From an uncultured delta proteobacterium (GTDB lineage: Bacteria; Desulfobacterota; Binatia; UBA9968), in the NCBI GenBank assembly GCA_963804165.1, contig CAWDPO010000015.1:96001-160000 (forward strand): 64,000 bases of DNA. The letters are read 5' to 3'. Under the pieces are notes generated by a model that saw nothing but the letters and a program-made list of their open reading frames with translations, had not been told where the DNA came from and searched no databases. Of the stretch, positions 37,754 through 48,312 are shown in pieces (the stretch's first letter is position 1; every line of letters starts with the position of its first letter). Position numbers and translations under genes: made by a program.

Positions 37754-38743
37754 TTAACCCCTGAGAGCAGGTAGAACCTCGTTACCGAGCAGATCGATTT
37801 GCTTCTGCCAATCCGCGTACCGTAGTCTCAAATCATACACAATGTGATCGGCGCCGGACATTTCGTAGGCTTGCGTTTCACGAACGATGTCCGTAGGAGT
37901 TCCAGCGAGCAAAATGCCACGAGCGTTCTCTTCAGGGGAAGAGCTTGCGGACGGCGAGTTTACCCATCTTGTAAAACGTTGAGACTCATCAATTAAGGTT
38001 TGCATGTTGATCCCTCGGAGCGACGTTTCCCGACTCTCGCCAATCGATGTAAGCGGCATGATCGCGGTTTTGAGCATCGGTTTACCCGCACTTCGGCACA
38101 AATCGCGCAGATAGTCGACGCGCCTTGCGAAGGTCGCCAAAGGAATCCGCGCCGGCATCCAGCCGACACCCAAGTCAACTGCGCGGCGGCAAGCTGCCGC
38201 GCTACCGCCGCCGATCCAAATCGGGATGTCGTCGGCGGGCGTGGGTTTGAGGGCGACGTTTTCGAAGCTAAAGTCATCGCTACTGTAAATTACCTTTTCT
38301 CCCGCCCAGAGTCGTCGGCAGATTTCAATGTTGGCCTTCACGAGCTCCACCCGGCCCGCCAGTGCGGTCGGTCGGCCCACTGCGGCAAATTCATGAGCGA
38401 AGCCACCCAAGCCGATGCCAAGAATTACACGACCTTGGGCAATCACGCTCAAGCTGGCGATCAACTGCGCGAGATGAATCGGATGGCGGTGACAGATTGT
38501 CATCGCCGTGCCCAGAGCAATTTTTTGAGTCACTGACGAGACCGCGGACAGTAACAGCAAGCCCTCGATATGAGTGTTATTGTTGCCCTCAATCTCATGG
38601 GGTTTGAACACGAGATGATCCCGTACCCACACAGAGTCGAAGCCATAGGCCTCGGCTTGTCGAGAACCCTCAAGGCACTTTTCTCCCGAGGCATGCTCGC
38701 AAAAATGGGGTAACAACAAACCGAATTTAAGTTGAGTGGCCAT
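37754..38743 (-). CDS. LLM class flavin-dependent oxidoreductase
   Basis: AEAYGFDSVWVRDH, GRVILGIGLG, PIWIGG, GWMP. Confidence 0.92.
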   Translation of the reverse strand: MATQLKFGLLLPHFCEHASGEKCLEGSRQAEAYGFDSVWVRDHLVFKPHEIEGNNNTHIEGLLLLSAVSSVTQKIALGTAMTICHRHPIHLAQLIASLSVIAQGRVILGIGLGGFAHEFAAVGRPTALAGRVELVKANIEICRRLWAGEKVIYSSDDFSFENVALKPTPADDIPIWIGGGSAAACRRAVDLGVGWMPARIPLATFARRVDYLRDLCRSAGKPMLKTAIMPLTSIGESRETSLRGINMQTLIDESQRFTRWVNSPSASSSPEENARGILLAGTPTDIVRETQAYEMSGADHIVYDLRLRYADWQKQIDLLGNEVLPALRG

Positions 38744-38862
38744 TAAGAGTTTTTGACCGACGTTCCGTGCAGGTTCGAGACGGATAAGATTTTACAGGGG
38801 CGATTGGTCTCTTCACTAAGGCAAGGATCCATTGACGGACGCTCGCTGGACTACCGCAAATG

Positions 38863-39393
38863 CTAGAATTCCAAGGTGTATTCCTTTCCCGCGTCGCCTT
38901 TACAGCGCCCCAGTCCGTGCCCCGTGTAGGAAGAACCGATTAGGAAACATTGCATGGTTGTTCGTTTGTCGCCGCGCAGGCTCGCCATCCAATAAAAGAG
39001 CGGCCCCATGACGACATGCGTCGTTTTGCCCGACGCGATGTTGTAGTTTTCGCCGTAGGCGACATCCGCCAGGGTACTTGAGGTCCCGAGCATTCCGGCA
39101 AAAGCGTTGCCGAACTCGGATACGTCCGGGCCGTCGGCATCGATCGTTCCGCCGCCGAAGGTCTTTTGGTAACTCTCAAAAAAGAATTCTCGCGGCACGG
39201 GCTTGAATGAGCCGACCAACATCTCGCCCGCTGATCCAGCGACCTGAATCAAACCGCTGCCTTCGCGCGCTTGCCGCCATTTTCCATCTAATCTTTCGCC
39301 GTCAAGGGAGTGCATGGAGAGACGATTGACGCAGGAATTGAGACTTATCAGAGCAAAGATTGAGGCGATTAGGTGATAAATACAACGTGTCAT
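38863..39393 (-). CDS. Hypothetical lipoprotein
   Basis: LNSC lipobox-like motif; C-terminal MQC...GHGLGRC...GKEY pattern. Confidence 0.65.
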   Translation of the reverse strand: MTRCIYHLIASIFALISLNSCVNRLSMHSLDGERLDGKWRQAREGSGLIQVAGSAGEMLVGSFKPVPREFFFESYQKTFGGGTIDADGPDVSEFGNAFAGMLGTSSTLADVAYGENYNIASGKTTHVVMGPLFYWMASLRGDKRTTMQCFLIGSSYTGHGLGRCKGDAGKEYTLEF

Positions 39394-39551
39394 CGTTGTC
39401 TGATTAGCCGATGAAAACCAAATGTTATAGCAACGCACGACAATGTCGTCTGCCCGACCGCGTCGATCGCTGAACTTCTACGGGATTTCGACAAATTGAT
39501 TAAATCCACCTGCAAGAAACAACGTTCAACTCGATGCTCCATGATGTGGAA

Positions 39552-40064
39552 TTAGCGGCGGCGCGCGCGCCGGAACCGCGAGCGAACCGTTAGCTCGCGC
39601 ACTTTCTCGACGCTGAGAACTTCACGGACGCGCTGGCCGTCCGCCATCTCATATTCGACGCAAATCGCATCGCCGGTCCACGAAATGGTGAAGGCGTGAG
39701 GCTCCACTCGGTCCAGATGCTTGCCCAGAGTCCGCAATAACTGCGAGACGCGCGATGTTCCTGTGGTCTGTGTCGATAAACGCTTTCGCCGTCTTTTTCG
39801 GCCTTGCGCGTCGAGCCATGAAACATAGGTCACATCATATTTGAGAGAACCATCAGATTGGAGTGCGCGGACGTGTCTACGAGTAGAGGCTGGTGCCTCC
39901 CAAACTTTTTCTGACAGACTTTGTTTTACGTTCAAGTCGGAAATATCCGGAAGTGAATCACTGCGCACGACGTAGCTTCGTCCGTTTTTCTCCATGACGA
40001 AGGCGATCACGCCCAGGGCTTCGAGGGACTGTCCGATCGCTCTTAGTGATTTCGCGTGGGACAT
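39552..40064 (-). CDS. Hypothetical protein with internally duplicated LRxxGxxL domain
   Basis: KSLRAIGQSLE ... QLLRTLGKHLD; similar to 41374-41847. Confidence 0.7.
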   Translation of the reverse strand: MSHAKSLRAIGQSLEALGVIAFVMEKNGRSYVVRSDSLPDISDLNVKQSLSEKVWEAPASTRRHVRALQSDGSLKYDVTYVSWLDAQGRKRRRKRLSTQTTGTSRVSQLLRTLGKHLDRVEPHAFTISWTGDAICVEYEMADGQRVREVLSVEKVRELTVRSRFRRARRR

Positions 40065-40128
40065 TGTCAGTGTTAGTGTTAGAGTTGCGTGATCGTTTGC
40101 CGAGAGCCGGCCATTATAATATTTACTT

Positions 40129-41019
40129 TTACGACTTTTGCTTCCATCGTCGGTGCATCCACACCCATTGCTCGGGTGCCGAGCGAATGATTGATTCCAA
40201 ACGGGCCGTCAGCATGGCGGTAAGCGCCAAGACATCGCTTTCCGTGTTGCCGGTCCGCGCGTAATGGATTCGCTCGATGGTGATTTTGTGGCGCTTGGCG
40301 CGACGGTGGTGCCAGCAAAATAGTATTGGTGCTTCTGTCCGCAGCGCCAGGGCGGCGGGAATGGTCGGTGTAAAAGCAGGACGTCCAAAAAATGGCACAT
40401 AATCGCCCGCGGTCTGAGTGTCTTGATCGATTAGGAATGCCATCAACCGATTGCTGCGCAAGACTCGCAGGATCGCCTTGCCGGTATTATCTCCCCGCCA
40501 AACAATTTCGAGCCCGCGTTGGGTCCGCCACTTGTGCAACCATGCCGTTATGCGGGGATCATAGAATGGCTTGGCAATGGTGGCGATCGGATAGCCCGCG
40601 GATGCGATCGCTTGCCCGAGAATTTCCCAGTTTCCGATATGGCCGGAGATGATCACGCCTCCCCTCCCCTCGGCGAGAACTTCATCGAGCACCCGCCGCG
40701 CATCAGGGTCCAATTCCGGAACCTCATGACGCAAACGAGACAGCTCCCAAATCGATTCGGCGAAGTGAACAAACATTCTGCGGATGATTTTGGGCGCGTC
40801 GAGGTGTGGCATCGTGGAGTGAATCTGAGCTTGAGCGCGCCGCGCATCGCGGCGAAACACATAAGGCGCCACACAGCCGACGAGGCGCAGAACACCGCGA
40901 ATCGGGAAGCGCTCGGCTGCCGACCACCCGCTTCGCATTAAGTAGTAAAGGAACGAGTTTTTTAGGCGCTGGCGCCATCGCCAGCGTGCTGGCACTGCCG
41001 CCGCTTGAGAGTCTTTCAT
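40129..41019 (-). CDS. Lipid A / lysophospholipid acyltransferase (LpxL/HtrB family)
   Basis: SGHIGNWE, FLIDQD, VPFFGRPA, PEQWVWMHRRWK. Confidence 0.92.
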   Translation of the reverse strand: MKDSQAAAVPARWRWRQRLKNSFLYYLMRSGWSAAERFPIRGVLRLVGCVAPYVFRRDARRAQAQIHSTMPHLDAPKIIRRMFVHFAESIWELSRLRHEVPELDPDARRVLDEVLAEGRGGVIISGHIGNWEILGQAIASAGYPIATIAKPFYDPRITAWLHKWRTQRGLEIVWRGDNTGKAILRVLRSNRLMAFLIDQDTQTAGDYVPFFGRPAFTPTIPAALALRTEAPILFCWHHRRAKRHKITIERIHYARTGNTESDVLALTAMLTARLESIIRSAPEQWVWMHRRWKQKS

Positions 41020-41373
41020 GAGATTTCTAAAGTAGTGTGCATTCCTGAATACGCTGGCCAGCCTGCTTTCTCATGGCCAGCGCAGGATCGTCAGTGTGAA
41101 GCCGTCACAACGATGTGGATATCAGAATAAGCTGAAGCGCCCATGCGAGCAATATAACATACCTATCCCTGGGTTTCACTTCTTTAGCCGACGCTGAGCG
41201 TCTATATTTGGTCAAATTTGGGATTTCAAGAAAATAAAACCCGCGTTGCGCCAGGCGTCGCAGCTGGCTACGCATGGCTGATTACTGCACCAAGTTTCTG
41301 ATCCGAACATTTGGCCGATCCGAACTAGTTTTAGTTTGCCTAGGGGGCGATTTTGCGCTAGTAAAATCTGCCT

Positions 41374-41847
41374 ATGGCATCACGGGATGAGTTTTCAAAA
41401 GCTCTGCGGGTCATCGGTCAGATTCTCGAGACACAAGGAATCGATTTGTTTGATTTGAAGTGTTCCGGGGAGCAATTCTATCTTCAGTGTGGGGATCCTG
41501 TGCCGCCGCATTTGAGCCTCGTCGAGATCCGTTATTCCACGGACCAAATCAACGCTCTCGACCAAGCAGCGCGACGTAACCGCCAGCGGTCCATTCCCTT
41601 CGTGAACTTCGACGGGCTGCCGGAAATCTTGCGTGCCATCGGACGCCGGTTTGATGTTTCCAACGGCCGGTTACTCAGCGTTAGCAATTCTGAATCGTCC
41701 ACACCTTTCGAATCGATCAAGATCGAATATCAAATCCGCGGCGGAATACGGCACTCCGAAGAGTTTTTTACCGGCACCTTGCGTGAGCAAGCCATGCGTA
41801 TGTATAAAGAGCGCTCACGACGGGTGGATGGGGCGGTCTTGGAATAA
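41374..41847 (+). CDS. Hypothetical protein with internally duplicated LRxIGxx domain
   Basis: KALRVIGQILE ... EILRAIGRRFD; similar to 39552-40064. Confidence 0.7.
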   Translation: MASRDEFSKALRVIGQILETQGIDLFDLKCSGEQFYLQCGDPVPPHLSLVEIRYSTDQINALDQAARRNRQRSIPFVNFDGLPEILRAIGRRFDVSNGRLLSVSNSESSTPFESIKIEYQIRGGIRHSEEFFTGTLREQAMRMYKERSRRVDGAVLE

Positions 41848-41965
41848 ACGAATCAAGCGAGCGATCGGGTCGAATCGGCGTGGCAAACTAACTCGCCAGC
41901 GCGCAGGTCTTTAGAGCCTCTCGGTCTACTTGCGGCGCTTGCATCCGCACAAAGAACCCACATTT

Positions 41966-42448
41966 TCAATCTAGGTATTTCCACTGGCTGAATGTGGCGG
42001 CCTGGCCGTAAGGGGCGCCGCGGTCGTCGATTAAGTTCCACACGCTTGCCTGCTCGATCAGAAAATGCCGGCCGGTTTTAGAAATTCGCACCCCGCGGTA
42101 ATTGTCGATATACCCTTGTCGGCTCACAGTCGCGAGCAAACAAGCCCGCTCTTGTTGGTGCGTCGGTTCAGCGGTAAGGCGCGACGGAAATGTCGTTAAT
42201 TCGTTCCAATTGAGCTCGAAAAGATCCAACCCCGCCTGGTTCGCGTAGTTGAGCAGCGGGTCGGACCCGGTATCGTGCGATAACACGACGAACGGCGAAT
42301 AATATAACTTGCGTGCTTGTTCGGCGGACGGCAAATCCGGTTGAACCAGATTTTTGCCCGTCCAATGGCGGTAGCTCTCGAGCAATCGAGTAACATGGTC
42401 TTTAAGGTATTGGTTTACTTCTCCCGGCTCGTTCCAGCTTGTCGTCAC
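41966..42448 (-). CDS. MEKHLA domain (PAS-like) protein
   Basis: SYRHWTGK, PFVVLSH..DPLLNYAN, PSRLTAE, YRGVRISKTG, GQAATF. Confidence 0.92.
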   Translation of the reverse strand: MTTSWNEPGEVNQYLKDHVTRLLESYRHWTGKNLVQPDLPSAEQARKLYYSPFVVLSHDTGSDPLLNYANQAGLDLFELNWNELTTFPSRLTAEPTHQQERACLLATVSRQGYIDNYRGVRISKTGRHFLIEQASVWNLIDDRGAPYGQAATFSQWKYLD

Positions 42449-42604
42449 AGTTTCTCCACATTAAAGCCATAGGGCAGTTACTCACGGCGAACCAAACAGC
42501 TCCGATTTTTGTCCCGCTGGTCTTGAATGCATTCTCCCCGGGATTCCCGCCTAGTGCCTCGCGGATAGAATTGACGCTTTGTTCGCTTTGGCGAGGCGCT
42601 CCGA

Positions 42605-43666
42605 CTATGGGTTCAGACTGAGCAGTTTACGTTGCGATTCGTCCGCTGGCGCCGGCCACACACCATTTTCCTTATAAAACTGTATGGCCGCCGCATGGTA
42701 TGGAATTGTCGCATCGCTATCGACGGCCCGCTGCCGGGTCCAATCCTTGAAGCTCGGGTGCAGCGGAGGAAGCTTGTCCATGTTGCCCCAAATATTTTTG
42801 AGGACCATGTGAATCACCCGGTCGACGGCTCCCTTGTGGCTGGTTAAATAGATGTCATACGCGTTGACGCAAGTGTCTTCGACGATGGCCGTCGCTTGGC
42901 CGCGCTTAAGCCATTGCGGATAGTAGCCGGGCACGGCGGCGCGCAAACGCTTTTCGCCTTGCGCCGAGCAATCGAGTGAAAGATGGCGCACCCCGATGGC
43001 CGCGTCTGCTTCCTTCACCTTGGCGGAGTCGATGGCGTGCAAACCCACGTCGGCGCGCCCTTGCACCAGCGCGTCGACTCCTTCGTTCGCGCCCGGTACT
43101 GGAACGATCTTGACGTCTTCCCATTTCATTCCGGCGCCGGCCAAAAAACCGAAAAGGTTGTACCAATTCGCGAGCTGCGCCGGATATTCCCCGGTCAGTC
43201 TTTTGCCGCGGATATCGTGAATCGTCTTCATCGTCGAATCCCTGCGCACGAGCAGCGCCGTCATCAGAACCGACCCTCGCATGACCAGGCGCACGTTCGG
43301 CGTGTGTTGAAACGGGTTGCGACCGCCGATCTTCAGTCGCTCCGGCCCCTGATAGGAAAGCGCCATGTCGACGGCATTGTTAATGCCGAAATCGATCTCA
43401 CCCGTATTCAGGAGAGGCAGGAAAGTGCTCGTTCCTGAATAAGGTTGCACGACCAACTGAAATGGCGCGCCATCGCCGGCATACTTTGCGAGGCCGCTTG
43501 CCAGTGCGTAAAAGACCGTCCCCGGCGGATTGGATCCGATCGTGAGCGAGCGCGGCAGCGATTGCGCGTTGACCGTAACCGAGGCGATGAACGCGAAACC
43601 GGATAATAGCGAACCTATGCGCAAACACTGCCGTTGCTTGAGTCGCATAGAGACCGTTCTGCCCAT
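42605..43666 (-). CDS. TAXI family TRAP transporter solute-binding subunit
   Basis: Signal peptide, IGSNPPGTVFY, IPYHAAAIQFYKE. Confidence 0.9.
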   Translation of the reverse strand: MGRTVSMRLKQRQCLRIGSLLSGFAFIASVTVNAQSLPRSLTIGSNPPGTVFYALASGLAKYAGDGAPFQLVVQPYSGTSTFLPLLNTGEIDFGINNAVDMALSYQGPERLKIGGRNPFQHTPNVRLVMRGSVLMTALLVRRDSTMKTIHDIRGKRLTGEYPAQLANWYNLFGFLAGAGMKWEDVKIVPVPGANEGVDALVQGRADVGLHAIDSAKVKEADAAIGVRHLSLDCSAQGEKRLRAAVPGYYPQWLKRGQATAIVEDTCVNAYDIYLTSHKGAVDRVIHMVLKNIWGNMDKLPPLHPSFKDWTRQRAVDSDATIPYHAAAIQFYKENGVWPAPADESQRKLLSLNP

Positions 43667-43735
43667 GGGTGTTTTTAGTCCGCGTTGAAATCACCTGCGG
43701 CGTTTTTCTAACGCGCCGTGCTCAGTCGGTACTTA

Positions 43736-44746
43736 CTAACCCTCCCAACCGTACAGTCGTTTAGCGTTGTCACCGAGAAACTTTTGTTTCGACTCTGCCG
43801 TCACATCCTTGCGGTCGCGAATCGTCGAGACGACGTACGGGAACATGCCGTCCCAGTGCGGATAGTCGGACGCGAAGATAATCTTGTCATCGCCGATGCG
43901 CTCCATGACGTACGCGACAGTGCTCTCCTCGGGCTCGGCGGCGAAGAACCAGTTACCATTGGCAATGTAGTCACTCGGCTTTGCCTTGAGCAAAGGCGCT
44001 TCAGATTGTCGTTTCTCCCATTCCTCGTCCATCCGATCCATCCAGTAAGGTACCCAGCCACAGCCGCACTCGAGAAACGCGATGCGCAACTTGGGAAACC
44101 TTTCCGGCACGCCGCCGTAAATGAGCGCAGCGCAGTCGATCAAGGTCTCGAACGGGCGGGCGATGGTGTGAGCAAACAAAAAAGTATCGAAGCGAATTTC
44201 ACCGACAGGACCTTGGCGGGAATTGTGAACCAAGAGCGGTGCGTTGAGTCTTTCGAGTTCTTCGTAGATAGGCCAAAAAGTCGGCGTGCCGAGATGATCT
44301 TTGAGGCCGAATGACGCGATTGCGATACCCGCCAGGCCGAGTTTGGTGACAGCGCGGTTGATCTCCGCGACGGCAGCCGGTACGTCCTGGAACGGCGCCA
44401 GGCCGATGCCTTTTAAGCGCGGGCTTTCTTTGCAAAGATTAGCGATCCAGTCGTTGTACCCGCGACAAAAGGCGGCGGCATAGTCCTTCTCCGGACTTTG
44501 CGTGATGCCGAACGCGCTGGTGGGAAATAGTACGGAGATGTCGATTCCTTCGCGATCCATATCGCGTAGCCGCGTCGGTACGTCGTGAATGTCCATGCTG
44601 AGTTTTCCGTACATGCTGCTATCCCATTTATCCTTGGCGACGAACGGTCCTCGTCGTCGGCAATACGGTTCCTCCATAAATTTGCGAATCTCCGCGTCGC
44701 GATCCTGGACATGCCCATCGGCATCGATGACCTTGGCATTCTCCAT
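43736..44746 (-). CDS. Amidohydrolase family protein (Amidohydro_2)
   Basis: IDADGH, LFPT, YNDW, ERFPKLRIAFLECGCGW, FASDYPHWD. Confidence 0.93.
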   Translation of the reverse strand: MENAKVIDADGHVQDRDAEIRKFMEEPYCRRRGPFVAKDKWDSSMYGKLSMDIHDVPTRLRDMDREGIDISVLFPTSAFGITQSPEKDYAAAFCRGYNDWIANLCKESPRLKGIGLAPFQDVPAAVAEINRAVTKLGLAGIAIASFGLKDHLGTPTFWPIYEELERLNAPLLVHNSRQGPVGEIRFDTFLFAHTIARPFETLIDCAALIYGGVPERFPKLRIAFLECGCGWVPYWMDRMDEEWEKRQSEAPLLKAKPSDYIANGNWFFAAEPEESTVAYVMERIGDDKIIFASDYPHWDGMFPYVVSTIRDRKDVTAESKQKFLGDNAKRLYGWEG

Positions 44747-44987
44747 AATTGTTCCTTCCTCTGGTTGCCAATTCGCCCATTTAGATTTCAGAGTGGCTTG
44801 AGTGCGCGGGCGGCAACTCGTTTCCGATTACCACAGGGTGATCAATATGGTCAATTGGATTTCACTGTTCGTTTGCCGCCACTGACGCGAATATCGGGCC
44901 AGGGCAAAGATTTATTGAATTTGACGGCCAGCGTTGCGATCAGTTATTGGTGCACACACCATTCGGTAAGTCTCTAGGAGGTACGCG

Positions 44988-45992
44988 ATGATCAACAATC
45001 GATGGCTCCTCGCTTTCTGGGTTGCAGCTTGCTTCAGCCCACTGGCTTCCGCTGACGCCGCCGAGGTGCCGTCCTTACGAAAAATCCGCGTAGCGATCAC
45101 CTCGATATCCGGCTCTATGGCTCCGCCATGGGCAGCCCACGAGGCGGGTATTTTCAAAAGACACGGCTTGCAAGTGGAAGTGATCGCCACGCCAAGCGGC
45201 GTACAGGGCATGAACGCGCTCATCGCGGGAGAAATCGCCTTCGTACAAATTTCCGGCGGCACGACGACAGGCGCGGCGGTGGGCGGCGCCGACGTAAAGA
45301 TCATCGCGACGACGATCGGCACACTCGTGCTCAATTTAGTCGTGCGTCCGGAGATCGAGAAGGCCGAGCAGTTGCGCGGCAAAAACATCGGTATCAGCCG
45401 CTACGGCACTTCGCTGCATACGGGCGCGCGATTGGCCGCGAAACATTTCGGCATGGAGCCCGGAAAAGACGTGCACATCGTCGAGATCGGCGCCGGAGAA
45501 TGGATCGTCAGCGCTCTGCAGGGAGGCAGAGTGCAAGCGGCTGTGTTCGGATATCCGGCAACCAGCCGAGCGACACAACTAGGCAATCGCGTGCTGCTAC
45601 ATATGCCGAGTCTCAATATCCCCTACGCCTCGACCGGTGTTTCGACCCGCGGAGAGATCATCCGCAATGATCCGGATCTGGTGCGCCGCTACTTGTCGGC
45701 TCAGGTTGAGGCGATTGCGCTGATGAAGAAAGACCGTGCGTTTGCCATGAAGGTGCTGTCCAAGTACCTGCGCATCAATGATGCGAACTTGCTCGCGGAG
45801 TCTTATGATATACCGATCGCAAAATATATGATGAAGACTCCGCTGCCGACTGCGGATGCAGTGCGTGCGGTTTTAGAAGAACTCGAGGAAAGAAACCCCA
45901 AGGCTAAAGATCTCGACCCAAACAGATTCTTCGACGACCGCTTCGTGCGCCAATTGCAGGCGGGCGATTTTATCGAATCGCTGTACCGTTAG
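44988..45992 (+). CDS. ABC transporter substrate-binding protein (NMT1/SsuA-like)
   Basis: Signal peptide, WAAHEAGIFKRHGL, LRGKNIGISRYGT, FFDDRFV. Confidence 0.9.
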   Translation: MINNRWLLAFWVAACFSPLASADAAEVPSLRKIRVAITSISGSMAPPWAAHEAGIFKRHGLQVEVIATPSGVQGMNALIAGEIAFVQISGGTTTGAAVGGADVKIIATTIGTLVLNLVVRPEIEKAEQLRGKNIGISRYGTSLHTGARLAAKHFGMEPGKDVHIVEIGAGEWIVSALQGGRVQAAVFGYPATSRATQLGNRVLLHMPSLNIPYASTGVSTRGEIIRNDPDLVRRYLSAQVEAIALMKKDRAFAMKVLSKYLRINDANLLAESYDIPIAKYMMKTPLPTADAVRAVLEELEERNPKAKDLDPNRFFDDRFVRQLQAGDFIESLYR

Positions 45993-46040
45993 AAGATCGA
46001 AGATGCGACGAAGCGCCTCGTCTACAGGAAATCGTTCGTG

Positions 46041-47765
46041 TCACAGTTCCTTCGCCGCGTTGGTGCCAGCAATAAAGCCCTGGGTCGTGCATCGTCCCAG
46101 TCCATGCTGGTTGAAGCCTCCCGCTGATTCACCGGCGCAGTACAGGCCGCGAATCGTCTGGCCGTTCATGTCCATCACCTGACACTTGCCATTGATTCTT
46201 AAGCCCGAGCGCGTGTCGTGTACGTTCGGCGTCGCCCACGCCGCATAGAATGGCGGGGTCTGTATCTTGTGTTTCGGCGCCGGTTTGCCGAAATCACTAT
46301 CCTTGCCGGCATCGACGAACGAGTTGTACCGGTCTACCACGGCCTGCAAGATCGCGCCGTTCATCGGCTTTGCCTGATACTCGTTCTTAATTGCGGCGGC
46401 GAGATCTGAAAGCGTGTTCGCGCTGAAGAAATAACCGTCTGGATCGACGTACGGCGGCGTCACCTTCCAGCCTTCCCGTTTGACCGCGTCAGCGTCGAAG
46501 ATCGCCCAGATCGGACCAGCGGAATAATCCGGCGGTTCGGAATACTCGTTCATCGCTACCGCGGCGTTGAAGAAATTATACTTGTTGGGATGGTAGTCGA
46601 TTTTCTCGTTATTGCGATAATCGTTGGGCGTGTAGGGATTGAAATCGTTGTACACATTGCCATGCGGGTAATCGCCCTTGGTTTCGTCGTAGAATCGTTT
46701 CCCGACTTGGTTGACAAGAATCAAATCGTGCCAGTCTTTTACGCTGAGTCCGGTGGAGCGCACGAGCGGGAAGATCGGACACTCCAGCTCCCAAGTCATG
46801 TAATTCCACTTCGTGGCGAGCACCCGTTGAGTTCGGATATTGTCGCCGTTTTCCAGTGTCTGGTTCACCAGCCCCCAAAGCGAAGCGCCGATCGCCATCG
46901 CTGCCAGCTCGCCGCTGGCATCCTGATAGCTGTAGGGCTCACCGGCGACGGTCAGAACCGCGGTCAATCGCGGATCGAACATGCGGCGAAAATTCAAGTT
47001 GCTCGTCATGCCGCCGGTGGCGACGATGACGGCTTTGTTCGCGCGGATTCGCATCGTCGGTTTGGTGCTGTCGATGTTGCCGTCCGAACGAAAGCTTTTT
47101 AGCGGGGTCGATTGCCCGGGCATGATTCGCGGTGTGTACTCAGCCGTGATGCCGATCACACGTCCGCTGTTCTGCCTTTCGCGGTGAAAGCTTATCATTT
47201 TGTAGTTCAATAAAAACTTAACGCCTTTGGCGCGAGCGCTGTTTTCCAACGGTCGAATCACGCCGGTTCCCGCCCGGTTATTCGGACTTTCATAACCCGG
47301 ACCTTTGGTCCAAAACGCATGATTTTCGCGCGGCGCGGAGTTGCCTAAATTATGCCCCCCTTGATTGTCCGGCGCGACTTCTTTGAACTTGACGCCGTTT
47401 TCAAGCAGAAACTCATAGGTCAACGCGCAATGATCGGCAAACGCGCGCATCACCGCGCGGTCGTTGTAACGGTAATCCGGCCAGCCGTTGGGCTGCACGA
47501 TCGTCCAGTCAGTGAGGTCCGAGAAAACCGTGTCGGGCGTATCCTGAATACCGTACTTCTTCTGCGCGCTCGTGCCGCCGCCAAGGGGCACGTTGCCGCC
47601 GCTGATAATCGCGTGGCCGCCGATATCGTAATTGGCCTCGACAACGATCACGGACGCGCCAGCGTCCGCGGCCTTAATCGCCGCCGGTAACCCGGCGGCT
47701 CCCGACCCGATAATGACGACGTCGGTCTCAAGATCCCAGCTCTGATCTGTTGCTGCTTGCGCCAT
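46041..47765 (-). CDS. FAD-dependent oxidoreductase (fumarate reductase flavoprotein / 3-ketosteroid dehydrogenase-like)
   Basis: DVVIIGSGAAG, VIVATGG, LVNQVGKRFYDE, GLYCAGE. Confidence 0.88.
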   Translation of the reverse strand: MAQAATDQSWDLETDVVIIGSGAAGLPAAIKAADAGASVIVVEANYDIGGHAIISGGNVPLGGGTSAQKKYGIQDTPDTVFSDLTDWTIVQPNGWPDYRYNDRAVMRAFADHCALTYEFLLENGVKFKEVAPDNQGGHNLGNSAPRENHAFWTKGPGYESPNNRAGTGVIRPLENSARAKGVKFLLNYKMISFHRERQNSGRVIGITAEYTPRIMPGQSTPLKSFRSDGNIDSTKPTMRIRANKAVIVATGGMTSNLNFRRMFDPRLTAVLTVAGEPYSYQDASGELAAMAIGASLWGLVNQTLENGDNIRTQRVLATKWNYMTWELECPIFPLVRSTGLSVKDWHDLILVNQVGKRFYDETKGDYPHGNVYNDFNPYTPNDYRNNEKIDYHPNKYNFFNAAVAMNEYSEPPDYSAGPIWAIFDADAVKREGWKVTPPYVDPDGYFFSANTLSDLAAAIKNEYQAKPMNGAILQAVVDRYNSFVDAGKDSDFGKPAPKHKIQTPPFYAAWATPNVHDTRSGLRINGKCQVMDMNGQTIRGLYCAGESAGGFNQHGLGRCTTQGFIAGTNAAKEL

Positions 47766-48105
47766 CGCTTTGTCCTCCGCGGAAAATTTACTTAAATCTG
47801 CAATCGATTACATCCGTGGAGAAAAAAATGCAAGCTATGAAGGAACACAACGACATGAACGTTCAGATTCTCTTAACGAAAATACGCATTGGTGTGTGTG
47901 ATCCGCCGATGTCTATACCGAGGAGAAACGTCGATGGCACGTTGGCGTGAGATCTATGAAGTGACACCCGCACGGAACAGCGGAAATTTTTATTGGGGAG
48001 ATGCGCGTGCGCTGTCGGATTTTACGTGATGGTCCCCATGACGCTCAATGCCTTTGAGATGCGCCGCCTCCTGGGGCAGAAAATGCCAGTCCAGCGCTCG
48101 TCAAC

Positions 48106-48312
48106 CTACGACTTCTTGAATTCTTCCGGTTTTGCCTCCGGATGCTTGCCGATCTGTTCGCCTTTCGGTAGATGCTCATACTTTTGTGTCACCCGACTAT
48201 CCATTGCAGCGTATTTTCGCGCCCAGTCTTCGTCGCTCATCGCTAGAAACTCCTCCACGTAGAATTCCTTGATAGCTTTTTGTCTGAACGTCGCTCGCTC
48301 TTCAAGCAGCGC
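48106..48312 (-). pseudogene. Possible start-less gene remnant
   Basis: Open frame ALLEERATFRQKAIKEFYVEEFLAMSDEDWARKY...EEFKKS* with protein-like composition, preceded by an in-frame stop. Confidence 0.3.

Noticed and set aside
41880-41930. Resemblance to a c-di-GMP-I riboswitch (GGCAAAC...GCCTCTCGGTCTA)
   Set aside because: No GNRA-capped P2 stem or GCAAAG junction, and it lies between convergent gene ends.
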